Shown here piece by piece: positions 8,697 through 17,766 of a stretch of DNA of 32,000 nt (positions are counted from its first letter, which is position 1; each line of letters opens with the position of its first letter). The notes beneath the pieces were generated by a model. That model saw nothing but the letters and a program-made list of their open reading frames with translations, was not told where the DNA came from and ran no database searches. Made by a program: the position numbers and the translations under genes. The DNA is from Alkanindiges sp. WGS2144 (GTDB lineage: Bacteria > Pseudomonadota > Gammaproteobacteria > Pseudomonadales > Moraxellaceae), in the NCBI RefSeq assembly GCF_043950625.1, contig NZ_CP171007.1. One strand, given 5' to 3'.

Positions 8697-9866
8697 TTAA
8701 ACGTCAAGGGCTGATTGCGTTTTCACAACACTGTGGATAGGCAAAAAGAATAAGCCTAGTAGCACAGTGATGGCAGCCCCATAAAATATAATATCACCGC
8801 CCACACCTTGCCAATAGTGCCCAGCAACCAGCGAACCCAGTGCGACACCCAACCCCCACATGGTGCTATAAATTGCCTGAGCACGCCCCTGTTGTTCAGG
8901 CAAAAAACTGCTAAAAATAACTTGCATGGCAATCACATGAAACAGGCCAAAACTGAAGGCATGCATACACTGGGCAGCAATCTGTACTGTTAAATACTGA
9001 GGAAAACTAGCCACCAGAAGCCAGCGCAAAGACGTCAACAGTAAACATGCAGCAATTAAATATTTTTGTTTAAACCGTGCCAATAAATGCCTGCTCTGGC
9101 TAAACATGATAATTTCGGCAATAACACCCAGCGCCCATAGCAGACCCGTCAAGCCTGTACTATAGCCATAGTCTTTTAAATAATTGGAATAAAAGCTATA
9201 AAACGGTGCATGAGATAACAGCAACAAAAACTCAATAGTAAAAAAGCACCAGACTTGCGGCTGCCTAAGTACAGGCAAAATGGAACTGAGCTGTTTTTGT
9301 GCAGGGGGTGCCCGCTGCGGCTCATTAATCTGCCAGGACCATAACCAGGTTAATATGGCAATGAGCATCAGTAATATTGGCAAATAGTGAATACTGATCA
9401 CATCAAATACGGCACCCAGCACAAATACCGCCACAATAAAACCGACCGAACCCCAGCGCCGCACCTTGCCGTATAAATGATTACGCTGCTCCCCTAGCCA
9501 GAACAGGGTCACTGCTTCAAATTGAGCCAAAATGGCATTTTGAAAAAAGCTAAACACAAACATTAAAATGGCTAAATGGCCAAGAGTATTGGGTAATAAA
9601 AATATGCTCAGCCAAATTACCCACTCCATAAAAGTTGCCAGCCGAATCCAGCGCATGCGTCTACCACTACGGTCAGCTAGCCAGCCCCAGACTATCGGCG
9701 CGAAGATACGGGTGGTCACGGTAATAGACGCCAGTAGGCCAATAGTTGCGCGATTAAAACCCTGATCTTCCAGATACAGGCTCCAGTAGGGCATAAATGC
9801 ACCGATTACAGCGTAATACAGGAAGTAAAATCCTGAAACTTTATACAGGCCTGAAATGGTTGGCAT
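8697..9866 (-). CDS. MFS transporter, HcaT/MFS_1_like type (12 TM)
   Basis: 389 aa, hydrophobic throughout. The motifs WGWLADRSGRR (MFS loop 2-3), YGKVRRWGSVGFIVA and LWALGVIAEIIMFSQS match my recollection of E. coli HcaT (YGKVRLWGSVAFVIG, WSLGVVAEVIIF). Substrate unknown. Confidence 0.85.
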   Translation of the reverse strand: MPTISGLYKVSGFYFLYYAVIGAFMPYWSLYLEDQGFNRATIGLLASITVTTRIFAPIVWGWLADRSGRRMRWIRLATFMEWVIWLSIFLLPNTLGHLAILMFVFSFFQNAILAQFEAVTLFWLGEQRNHLYGKVRRWGSVGFIVAVFVLGAVFDVISIHYLPILLMLIAILTWLWSWQINEPQRAPPAQKQLSSILPVLRQPQVWCFFTIEFLLLLSHAPFYSFYSNYLKDYGYSTGLTGLLWALGVIAEIIMFSQSRHLLARFKQKYLIAACLLLTSLRWLLVASFPQYLTVQIAAQCMHAFSFGLFHVIAMQVIFSSFLPEQQGRAQAIYSTMWGLGVALGSLVAGHYWQGVGGDIIFYGAAITVLLGLFFLPIHSVVKTQSALDV

Positions 9867-10022
9867 GAATACTACTGTCTATGAGAATTTTCAAAAAATG
9901 GAATTTTTTTGGGAAGCCATAAGATTGACGTCGCATAGTCTCTATGGTTGAATCCACAACAGTTTGAGATGAGCCTCAATGAGCTTGTGATCTATGCCTG
10001 CATTGATTTAGAGCAAGCGACT

Positions 10023-10057
10023 AAAAGCCCGTTCCTTAAGAAGGTTCGGGCTTTTTT
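10023..10057 (-). terminator. Intrinsic terminator downstream of aroC (bidirectional in form)
   Basis: AAAA-GCCCG-tt-CCTT-aag-AAGG-tt-CGGGC-TTTTTT. 40 bp past the aroC stop on the minus strand, where the U-tract is 4 nt; the + strand reading has a 6-T tract. Confidence 0.7.
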
Positions 10058-10096
10058 ATAACTAAAATGCACTGGTCATAGCCGTTAGCAACCAAC

Positions 10097-11191
10097 TTAT
10101 AGCTCACCAATAGCAGTCAATGGCGCCATCACATCTGCATTTTGCGCCCTGTGCCGCATAAAGTGATCCATTAGTACGATCGCCAGCATGGCCTCAGCAA
10201 TAGGGGTTGCCCGTACGCCTACACAGGGGTCATGGCGGCCTTTGGTAATCACATCTACCGCTTCGCCCTGCAAATTAATGGTTTTGCCCGGTGTGGTAAT
10301 ACTGGCTGTTGGTTTGAGTGCAATGGCCACGCGAATGGTTTGCCCACTGGAAATTCCACCTAAAATCCCGCCGGCATGATTGGCGGTAAAACCTTCCGGG
10401 GTGAGTTCATCTCTTGACTGATGACCAAACTGGCCTGCCACCGCAAAACCATCGCCAATTTCTACGCCCTTAACGGCATTAATACTCATCATGGCATGTG
10501 CAATGTCGGCATCCAGACGGTCAAATACAGGTTCGCCCAAACCTACTGGAACACGTTCAGCTAAAATTTCCAGTTTTGCCCCACAACTGGTGCCATCGCG
10601 GCGCAAGCTGGTCACTAATGCTTCAAAACGTGGTACAGCATCAACATCACCACAAAAAAATGGATTGTTGGGCACTTCATTCCAGTCCAGTTTGGTCGCA
10701 GATTCATTGCCAATCTGGGTAACATGACCACGAATCAATACACCAAATTTCTCAGCCAGATATTTTTTGGCAATAGCCCCAGCAGCAACCCGCATAGCAG
10801 TTTCCCGCGCACTGGAACGCCCACCACCGCGATAATCACGGAAGCCGTATTTTTGTGTGTAAGTATAGTCAGCATGACCCGGACGGAAAGTCTGGGCGAT
10901 ATTGCCATAATCCTTGGATTTCTGGTCAGTATTGCGGATTAATAAGCCAATTGGTGTACCGGTAGTTCTGCCTTCAAACACGCCGGAAATAATTTCAACC
11001 TGATCTTCTTCTTTACGCTGAGTGGCAAAGCTAGACGTACCCGGCTTACGGCGATCCAGATCAATTTGCAGATCAGCCTCACTTAGCTCAAGACCTGGCG
11101 GAACACCATCCACAATGGCCATCAAACCCGGGCCGTGCGATTCACCACACGTCGTTATACGGAACAATTGACCAATACTGTTGCCTGCCAT
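10097..11191 (-). CDS. aroC: Chorismate synthase
   Basis: 364 aa. [50 protein letters not shown] and KGRHDPCVG motifs. Confidence 0.95.
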   Translation of the reverse strand: MAGNSIGQLFRITTCGESHGPGLMAIVDGVPPGLELSEADLQIDLDRRKPGTSSFATQRKEEDQVEIISGVFEGRTTGTPIGLLIRNTDQKSKDYGNIAQTFRPGHADYTYTQKYGFRDYRGGGRSSARETAMRVAAGAIAKKYLAEKFGVLIRGHVTQIGNESATKLDWNEVPNNPFFCGDVDAVPRFEALVTSLRRDGTSCGAKLEILAERVPVGLGEPVFDRLDADIAHAMMSINAVKGVEIGDGFAVAGQFGHQSRDELTPEGFTANHAGGILGGISSGQTIRVAIALKPTASITTPGKTINLQGEAVDVITKGRHDPCVGVRATPIAEAMLAIVLMDHFMRHRAQNADVMAPLTAIGEL

Positions 11192-11310
11192 TTTAATCCC
11201 CTTTTGCTTCTGAGGCTGCTAAATAATATAATTGATACAAAGCACTGTTTTGTCCAGCCGCAAGACGAGAAGCGATGCTTCGAGTTAAAGATAATTTTAT
11301 AAAAACTGTC

Positions 11311-12318
11311 TTAAGCAAGCGCCGCCTTAAATTCAGCCTGATACTGTCGGCATTCCTGCGCGGTCAAGGCAAATACCCCGGCTCCACCACGATTAAAATG
11401 CAGCCAGTGAAATTTTATTTTTGGAAAAGCTTGCTGCAACGCCCATTCACTATTGCCCACTTCAACCACTAGCAAACCATTATCAGTTAAATAATCAGCC
11501 GCTTGAGCCAGAATATGCCGTACCAGATCCAGGCCGTCACGACCAGCCGCCAGCGCAAGCTCCGGCTCATGTAAAAACTCTTCCGGCAAGTCAGCCATAT
11601 CGGCTGAATCAACATACGGCGGATTGCTAATAATCAAATCATACTGACGCTGCGCAGGAATTTTTTCCAGCAAATTGGACTCAATCAGCGACACCTGATC
11701 TTCTCTGTGATGATGCTCTACGTTAATAGCAGCAACTTCCAGCGCATCACGGGAAATATCAATCGCATCTATTGTGGCATCAGGAAAAGCATAGGCCAGA
11801 GCAATGGCAATGCAGCCAGAACCAGTGCACAAATCCAGCATGCGTGTTGGTTCAAAGGGATGCGCATTGTGCGGTAGCTGATTGACGCCACCCTGTGCCT
11901 TGTCCAGCCCATTGCTAAAATAAGGGTTAAACTGGTTTTCAATCAGCTCGGCTACGGGTGAGCGTGGAATTAAAACGCGTTCATCAACATAATATGGCTG
12001 CCCGGCAAAATAGGCCAGATTCAACAAATAACCGAGCGGTATGCGCTGGTTAATCCGTTTTTCCAGTAATTGGGTAATCCGCTGTTTTTCAGAGGGCAAT
12101 AGCTTGGCATCCAAAATTTGCTCATCGGCAGACCATTCCAGTGATAAGCTCTGCAATACCAGCGCCGAGCTTTCTGCAAAAAAGTCCTCAGTGCCCTGAC
12201 CCAGGTGAACCTCATAACTGCGTAAGGCAGTCACGCCAAAACGAATAAAATCCCGAATAGTTTGTAGATGCCCAACAGCTTCATCCAGAATGTCTTGCTC
12301 AATGGTCAAATTATCCAC
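11311..12318 (-). CDS. prmB: 50S ribosomal protein L3 glutamine N5-methyltransferase
   Basis: 335 aa. Collinear with my recollection of E. coli PrmB (DEAVxxLQTIxD..., YVDERVLIPRSP, DLCTGSGCIAIALAYAFPDA, NPPYVD, HEPELALA, EVGNS). Carries a ~23-aa insertion (NGLDKAQGGVNQLPHNAHPFEPT) before the SAM motif. Sits upstream of aroC, as in enterics. Confidence 0.9.
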   Translation of the reverse strand: MDNLTIEQDILDEAVGHLQTIRDFIRFGVTALRSYEVHLGQGTEDFFAESSALVLQSLSLEWSADEQILDAKLLPSEKQRITQLLEKRINQRIPLGYLLNLAYFAGQPYYVDERVLIPRSPVAELIENQFNPYFSNGLDKAQGGVNQLPHNAHPFEPTRMLDLCTGSGCIAIALAYAFPDATIDAIDISRDALEVAAINVEHHHREDQVSLIESNLLEKIPAQRQYDLIISNPPYVDSADMADLPEEFLHEPELALAAGRDGLDLVRHILAQAADYLTDNGLLVVEVGNSEWALQQAFPKIKFHWLHFNRGGAGVFALTAQECRQYQAEFKAALA

Positions 12319-12440
12319 ACAAAGCTCTCAAGAACAGCAAAAAAGACAGTCATTTTAACGAGTTTTGCCCAAATCGCCTATCATTTTTGCTTTTGCTGGA
12401 TTTTTATTGATGCTATTGCCAAAACCCTCGCAGAATCATT

Positions 12441-12468
12441 TTGAGCGACGTATAAAATCAGCTATACT
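12441..12468 (+). promoter_or_regulatory. Candidate sigma70 promoter for alaS
   Basis: TTGAGC (12441-12446), 16-bp spacer, TATACT (12463-12468). This would give a ~150-nt leader. Pattern match only. Confidence 0.3.
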
Positions 12469-12626
12469 TTGCCGTTTTTAAAGCACAGGCAATTTTTCCT
12501 TATTATCTGGCTAGAGTTTGTTCTTAGCTGACTGATATCAAGGGCTAGTAGCCGGTTGTAGCTGTTTATTAATGGTTGTTTTTAATTACTTGGGTTTGTT
12601 TGGCTAGGAGCTGTCTTGTGAGCCGT

Positions 12627-15275
12627 ATGATGACATCGAATGAAATTCGTGAAGCGTTTTTGCGTTATTTTGAAACGCAAGGGCATACACGTGTCGCCTC
12701 AAGCTCACTCATACCCAACAACGATCCGACCCTGCTATTTACCAATGCCGGCATGAACCAGTTTAAGGACTGCTTTTTGGGTCTGGATAAACGCGACTAT
12801 GTACGTGCCGTGTCCAGCCAAAAGTGTGTGCGTGCTGGCGGCAAGCACAACGATCTGGACAACGTTGGCTACACCGCACGGCACCATACGTTTTTTGAAA
12901 TGCTGGGCAATTTTTCCTTTGGCGATTATTTTAAAAAAGATGCCATCAAATTTGCCTGGGAGTTTTTAACTGGTAAAGATTGGTTGGCGATTCCTGCTGA
13001 CCGTTTATATGTGACTGTATATGCCACTGATGATGAAGCCTTTGATATCTGGAATAAAGATATTGGCTTAAGCCCTGAGCGTATAATCCGCATTGGTGAC
13101 AACAAAGGTGCACCGTATGCGTCTGATAACTTCTGGGCGATGGGTGACACTGGGCCATGTGGGCCATGCACCGAAATTTTTTATGATCACGGCGCTGACA
13201 TTCCGGGCGGCTTACCGGGCACGCCGGAAGAAGATGGCGACCGCTTTATTGAAATCTGGAACAATGTATTCATGCAGTTTAACCGCACGGCTGATGGCGT
13301 ATTGCATCCGCTGCCTGCGCCAAGCGTGGATACCGGCATGGGTCTGGAACGCATTAGCGCGGTAATGCAGCATGTGCATTCCAACTATGAAATTGACCTG
13401 TTCCAGCACTTAATCAAATCTGCCGCACAAATTATTGGGATTGAAGATCAGAACCAGCCTTCCCTGCGCGTACTGGCTGACCACGCCCGTTCCTGCTCAT
13501 TCTTAATTGCTGACGGTGTAATTCCAAGCAACGAAGGTCGTGGTTATGTGCTGCGCCGGATCATTCGTCGTGCCGTGCGTCATGGTAATAAGCTTGGGGC
13601 AACAGGCAGTTTCTTCCATAAAATGGTGCAGCCTCTCATTGATGTGATGGGTAATGCTTATCCTGAACTGGTTAATCGTCGTGACATGATTGAAGCAACT
13701 CTGCTTAAAGAAGAAGAACAATTTGCCCGCACGCTGGAACAAGGCTTAAAACTGTTGGAAACTGAGCTTGCGCAATTACAAAGTAATACCATTCCGGGTG
13801 CAACCGTATTTAAACTATATGATACCTATGGATTCCCGGTTGACTTAACTGCCGATATTGCCCGTGAGCGTAATCTTAATATTGATGAAGCTGGCTTTGA
13901 AGTCGAGATGGCGCAGCAACGCCAGCGCGCACGTGATGCAGGCAAGTTTAATATTGATTACAACAGCATTGTGAAAGTAGATCAGGAATCGGTATTCCAT
14001 GGCTACACTGGCACACAAGGTCAGGGCAATATTATTGCGCTGTATAAAGATGGCCAAGCAGTTGACTCATTGTCTGAAGGTGATGAAGGCCTGATTGTGC
14101 TGGATCAAACCCCTTTTTATGCAGAAAGCGGGGGCCAGGTTGGTGATACCGGCTTACTGACCGGCGAAAATGGCATTTTTGAAGTTCAGGACACCAAAAA
14201 ATCAGGCTCAGCCATTGTGCATCAAGGTCTGGTGACTATGGGAACAATTACCGTAAAACAACCGGTACAGGCCGCCGTCAAAGCCGATATTCGTACAGCG
14301 ACTGCGCGTAATCACTCAGCCACGCACTTGCTGCATGCGGCTTTGCGTCAGGTATTAGGTGAGCACGTTAGCCAAAAAGGTTCACTGGTTGCCAGCAACA
14401 TCCTGCGTTTTGATTTTTCCAATGATCAGCCAGTAAGCTATGCCCAGTTGCAGCAGATTGAGCGTCTGGTGAATGCTGAGGTGATTGCTAACACGCCTGT
14501 TTGCACTGAAGAGCTAGATATTGAATCGGCCAAGCAAAAAGGCGCCATGATGCTGTTTGGTGAAAAATATGGTGATCAGGTACGGGTGCTAAGCATGGGT
14601 AGCCAGATTGACGACCGCCATTTTTCTATTGAATTGTGCGGTGGTATTCACGTCAATCGCACTGGTGATATTGGCCTGTTCAAGATTATTTCTGAAGGTG
14701 GTATTGCTGCCGGTATTCGCCGTATTGAGGCTGTGACTGGCACTACCGCGCTGGCAGTCATTCAACAGGCTGATCAGCAACTGGTACAAATCAGCAGCTT
14801 AATTAAAGCCCAGCGTGATCAGGTTTTTGACCGGGTGCAGGCTTCGTTTGAGCGCAGCCGTGAGCTGGAAAAACAGATTGAACGTCTCAATCAGAAACTG
14901 GCAGGTAGCCAGAGTGCCGAGTTGCTTGAAAAAGTGCAGGATATCTCAAGCATTAAAACCCTGATTGCTACACTGGATCAAATGGATGTCAAAACCCTGC
15001 GTAATTTGCACGACAGCGTAAAATCACGCTTTAGTAATGGTGTGATTATATTGGCAGCAATTGAAGGCGATAAAATAGCTTTGCTGGCTTCTGTTTCCAA
15101 GGAATACACCAGCAAAATCAAGGCAGGTGACATTATCAAACACCTGACTGAACAGCTGGGTGGTAAAGGTGGGGGCAAACCAGACCTTGCTCAGGGCGGC
15201 GCACCGTTCACTGCAAATTTTTCAAATGTTATGGCAGCGTTACCGGACTGGTTAAACTCACAGTACAACGGTTAA
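12627..15275 (+). CDS. alaS: Alanine--tRNA ligase
   Basis: The track ORF starts at a TTG at 12576, but homologous sequence begins at [20 protein letters not shown] (ATG 12627 or 12630). A GTG at 12618 with AGGAG 7 nt upstream is an alternative start. Class II motifs, the [12 protein letters not shown] zinc region, the [11 protein letters not shown] editing domain and the C-terminal [11 protein letters not shown] are present. Confidence 0.93.
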   Translation: MMTSNEIREAFLRYFETQGHTRVASSSLIPNNDPTLLFTNAGMNQFKDCFLGLDKRDYVRAVSSQKCVRAGGKHNDLDNVGYTARHHTFFEMLGNFSFGDYFKKDAIKFAWEFLTGKDWLAIPADRLYVTVYATDDEAFDIWNKDIGLSPERIIRIGDNKGAPYASDNFWAMGDTGPCGPCTEIFYDHGADIPGGLPGTPEEDGDRFIEIWNNVFMQFNRTADGVLHPLPAPSVDTGMGLERISAVMQHVHSNYEIDLFQHLIKSAAQIIGIEDQNQPSLRVLADHARSCSFLIADGVIPSNEGRGYVLRRIIRRAVRHGNKLGATGSFFHKMVQPLIDVMGNAYPELVNRRDMIEATLLKEEEQFARTLEQGLKLLETELAQLQSNTIPGATVFKLYDTYGFPVDLTADIARERNLNIDEAGFEVEMAQQRQRARDAGKFNIDYNSIVKVDQESVFHGYTGTQGQGNIIALYKDGQAVDSLSEGDEGLIVLDQTPFYAESGGQVGDTGLLTGENGIFEVQDTKKSGSAIVHQGLVTMGTITVKQPVQAAVKADIRTATARNHSATHLLHAALRQVLGEHVSQKGSLVASNILRFDFSNDQPVSYAQLQQIERLVNAEVIANTPVCTEELDIESAKQKGAMMLFGEKYGDQVRVLSMGSQIDDRHFSIELCGGIHVNRTGDIGLFKIISEGGIAAGIRRIEAVTGTTALAVIQQADQQLVQISSLIKAQRDQVFDRVQASFERSRELEKQIERLNQKLAGSQSAELLEKVQDISSIKTLIATLDQMDVKTLRNLHDSVKSRFSNGVIILAAIEGDKIALLASVSKEYTSKIKAGDIIKHLTEQLGGKGGGKPDLAQGGAPFTANFSNVMAALPDWLNSQYNG

Positions 15276-15358
15276 TCGTTTTAAAGATTGATGAACGATG
15301 TTCTCGCCTGAGCCAAGCAATTAATCAGGCAGGAACAATTAAAATAGATGGAACAATT

Positions 15359-16639
15359 ATGGCTTTAATCGTACAAAAATACGGTGGCACTTCAATGGGG
15401 ACACCTGAGCGCATTTTAAATGTAGCGCGTCGGGTGAAACGCTGGCATGACCATGGGCATCAGGTTGTGGTGGTGGTTTCTGCCATGAGTGGTGAAACCA
15501 ATCGCTTACTGGATTTGGCAAAAGCCATTACGGAAACACCTGATCCACGTGAAATGGATCAAATGGTATCTACTGGTGAGCAAGTTACAATTGCCATGCT
15601 GGCAATGGCGTTAAAATCCATTGACGTAGAGGCCTGCTCTTACACGGGCCGTCAGGTCGGTATTTTAACAGATAGCGCATTTAATAAAGCGCGCATCCTG
15701 TCGATTGACGCCGATGTCATGCATAAAGACCTAAATAATGGCAAAGTGCTCATCGTAGCAGGCTTTCAGGGCGTGGACTCCGATGGCAACACCACCACTT
15801 TAGGCCGTGGTGGCTCCGATACCACCGGTGTTGCACTGGCTGCAGCATTAAAAGCAGATGAATGCCAGATCTATACCGATGTGGATGGCGTATATACCAC
15901 TGACCCACGCGTTGCGCCTAAATCTAAAAAACTGGATCGTATTACCTTTGAAGAAATGCTGGAAATGGCCAGTCTTGGTTCCAAGGTTTTACAAATCCGT
16001 GCGGTTGAATTTGCTGGCAAATATCAAGTGCCTCTACGTGTCCTGTCCAGTTTTGATAACGAGGCTGATGGCGCATTTGATGAAGACTTTAAAAACAATG
16101 TTGGTACTTTAATCACTACAGAATCGGAAAATACTATGGAACAGCCAATTATCTCTGGTATCGCCTTTAATCGTGATGAAGCGAAATTAACCATTCGTGG
16201 TGTACCCGATCAGCCTGGTATTGCTTCACGTATTTTATCGCCAATTGGTGAAGCCAATATTGAAATTGACATGATTGTGCAAAACATCGCCGCCGACGGC
16301 ACTACGGACTTCACTTTTACCGTCAATCGTCCTGACTTTAAAAAAGCACTGGGTCTACTGGAAAAAATATCCAGTGATATCGGTGCACGTGAAGTAGTTA
16401 GCGATGATAGTATTGTTAAAGTATCTATTGTGGGCGTTGGTATGCGTTCACATGCAGGTGTTGCCAGTAAAATGTTCAGTGCGCTGGCTTCTGAGGGCAT
16501 CAATATCCAGATGATTTCTACCTCTGAAATCAAAATTTCAGTAGTCGTCAATGAAAAATATCTGGAACTGGCTGTACGCAGCTTGCATACTGCCTTTGGT
16601 TTAGACCGGGAAAGCGGTGAAAGCAATGTACGTGCTTAA
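15359..16639 (+). CDS. lysC: Aspartate kinase (monofunctional, ACT-domain regulated)
   Basis: 426 aa. MALIVQKYGGTSMG, VVVVSAMSGETNRLL, TLGRGGSDTTGVALAAAL, followed by two ACT domains. Same alaS-lysC-csrA order as in Pseudomonas and Acinetobacter. Confidence 0.93.
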   Translation: MALIVQKYGGTSMGTPERILNVARRVKRWHDHGHQVVVVVSAMSGETNRLLDLAKAITETPDPREMDQMVSTGEQVTIAMLAMALKSIDVEACSYTGRQVGILTDSAFNKARILSIDADVMHKDLNNGKVLIVAGFQGVDSDGNTTTLGRGGSDTTGVALAAALKADECQIYTDVDGVYTTDPRVAPKSKKLDRITFEEMLEMASLGSKVLQIRAVEFAGKYQVPLRVLSSFDNEADGAFDEDFKNNVGTLITTESENTMEQPIISGIAFNRDEAKLTIRGVPDQPGIASRILSPIGEANIEIDMIVQNIAADGTTDFTFTVNRPDFKKALGLLEKISSDIGAREVVSDDSIVKVSIVGVGMRSHAGVASKMFSALASEGINIQMISTSEIKISVVVNEKYLELAVRSLHTAFGLDRESGESNVRA

Positions 16640-16652
16640 TTAATAAGCACGT
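16630..16652 (+). other. 9-bp perfect hairpin spanning the lysC stop codon
   Basis: ACGTGCTTA-attaa-TAAGCACGT. The lysC TAA (16637-16639) lies in the left arm and loop. No U-tract follows, so this is not a canonical terminator. Confidence 0.35.
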
Positions 16653-16742
16653 TAACCCGTGAATACTACAGCAAAAACAACTGTTTCATGCTAAATTGAT
16701 CAATGTTGCCTCAGTGCTCATCTTGCTTCAAGTAAAATGAAT

Positions 16743-16859
16743 GGAAACAAAAAGGACTATTCATTTTACAAAAAGATAGAGATAAGGCTATTCGGAAAAA
16801 TAACTTTAGGCGATACTGACGGCAACAGATCGGGTATGCTGAAAAAGTTGAGACAAGGA
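16743..16859 (+). promoter_or_regulatory. csrA leader carrying four GGA motifs (candidate CsrA autoregulatory sites)
   Basis: GGA at 16743 (AUGGAAA), 16755 (AAGGACU), 16794 (UCGGAAA) and 16857 (AAGGAGA, which is the SD of csrA). Confidence 0.4.
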
Positions 16860-16866
16860 GAAGACA

Positions 16867-17106
16867 ATGCTTATTCTGACCCGCCGCGTCGGGGAGACCC
16901 TGATGATTGGGGACGAAGTTAGCGTCACTGTATTGGGCGTTAAAGGTAATCAGGTACGGATCGGGGTTAATGCACCCAAAGAAGTATCAGTACATCGTGA
17001 AGAAATTTACCAGCGCATCCAGCATGAACGCGCCATGCATGAGCACTTGCAGCATCTGGAACAGGATTATCAGCCATCTTTTGATGACGATAACTACAAC
17101 CGCTAA
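16867..17106 (+). CDS. csrA: Carbon storage regulator CsrA
   Basis: [52 protein letters not shown] is near-invariant CsrA. It has a 25-aa His/acid-rich tail ([27 protein letters not shown]) like the extended CsrA of Acinetobacter, as I recall it. AAGGAG SD. Confidence 0.95.
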   Translation: MLILTRRVGETLMIGDEVSVTVLGVKGNQVRIGVNAPKEVSVHREEIYQRIQHERAMHEHLQHLEQDYQPSFDDDNYNR

Positions 17107-17127
17107 ATGCTCAGTACACATGCAATT

Positions 17128-17154
17128 AAGCGGCTTAGGCCGCTTTATGTTTTT
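17128..17154 (+). terminator. Intrinsic terminator of csrA
   Basis: AAGCGGC-ttag-GCCGCTT stem-loop followed by TATGTTTTT, 22 bp after the csrA stop. Confidence 0.75.
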
Positions 17155-17493
17155 GCTATCATGGCTATCTTTTCATTTTAAGTTGTTTTTTGACTAAATT
17201 TTGCTTAAACCCTCTCAAAATAAAAATATTTCCAGATATTTCAACAAGAAAGCGCAACAATTTATTTCATAAAAAATCCAAGCTGATCAGGTAATTAAAC
17301 CTCAAAAGTGCCCAAAACCCTTATATGTAAATAAATATGTTGAAAACACTCAACAGGAACCATGATATATCCCTTGTTAAGTCACGGGTAGCTCTCAAGG
17401 CGTAATGCATTTAGTAGTGACTGCACAATTCCAAGCGCTTTTGAATGATTACACCCATGAAGTCTGTCAGTCATTTTTATGAGGAATAGGATA

Positions 17494-17766
17494 ATGACAA
17501 GCAAACAATGTCAGCTTAGCAAGCGCGATGCAATTGTAGGTATTGATCCTTTATTAAATGCCTATTTTATTACACTGGTAGAAAATGGTCAGGAGATAGG
17601 TAACCCGCTACTGTTTTCATTTTATGGTGAGGATGATAGCCCGTCGGCATTAGCACAGGCACGTCGCGTGAGTCACTTTAAAACCCTATGGATTGACGAG
17701 ATCAAAACGCCTGAGGAAATCACGCATCTTTATCAATCTGTGAATCACGCTCCAAGGCTAAGCTAG
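17494..17766 (+). CDS. Hypothetical protein, 90 aa, no recognisable family
   Basis: ORF 17479..17766. The ATG at 17494 has GAGGAA 7 nt upstream. Translation: MTSKQCQLSKRDAIVGIDPLLNAYFITLVENGQEIGNPLLFSFYGEDDSPSALAQARRVSHFKTLWIDEIKTPEEITHLYQSVNHAPRLS. Soluble and acidic. Preceded by ~330 bp of AT-rich ORF-free DNA. Confidence 0.5.
   Translation: MTSKQCQLSKRDAIVGIDPLLNAYFITLVENGQEIGNPLLFSFYGEDDSPSALAQARRVSHFKTLWIDEIKTPEEITHLYQSVNHAPRLS

Noticed and set aside
12576-12626. Upstream extension of the alaS ORF ([17 protein letters not shown]...)
   Set aside because: It starts at a TTG with no SD and is Cys/Trp-rich. AlaS homology starts at [11 protein letters not shown] (12627/12630), so I treat it as leader sequence.
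13152-13169. Tandem GGGCCATGT GGGCCATGC repeat
   Set aside because: It encodes the conserved GPCGPC of the AlaS catalytic or zinc region, so it is a coding constraint rather than a repeat element.
15276-15358. Looked for a lysine riboswitch (L-box) upstream of lysC
   Set aside because: Only 83 bp separate alaS and lysC, too short for the ~180-nt L-box. No characteristic conserved helices were seen, and lysC is probably co-transcribed with alaS or uses a simple promoter.
16737-17197. ORFs 16737..16922 (61 aa) and 16907..17197 (96 aa)
   Set aside because: They are out-of-frame overlaps of the csrA leader and coding region. The csrA frame is unambiguous, and the second ORF runs through the csrA terminator.
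17107-17478. Searched for the tRNA-Ser and tRNA-Arg genes that follow csrA/rsmA in enterics and pseudomonads
   Set aside because: No GTTCGAATC-type T-arm, no acceptor-stem complementarity and no GC-rich cloverleaf segments. The region is uniformly AT-rich.
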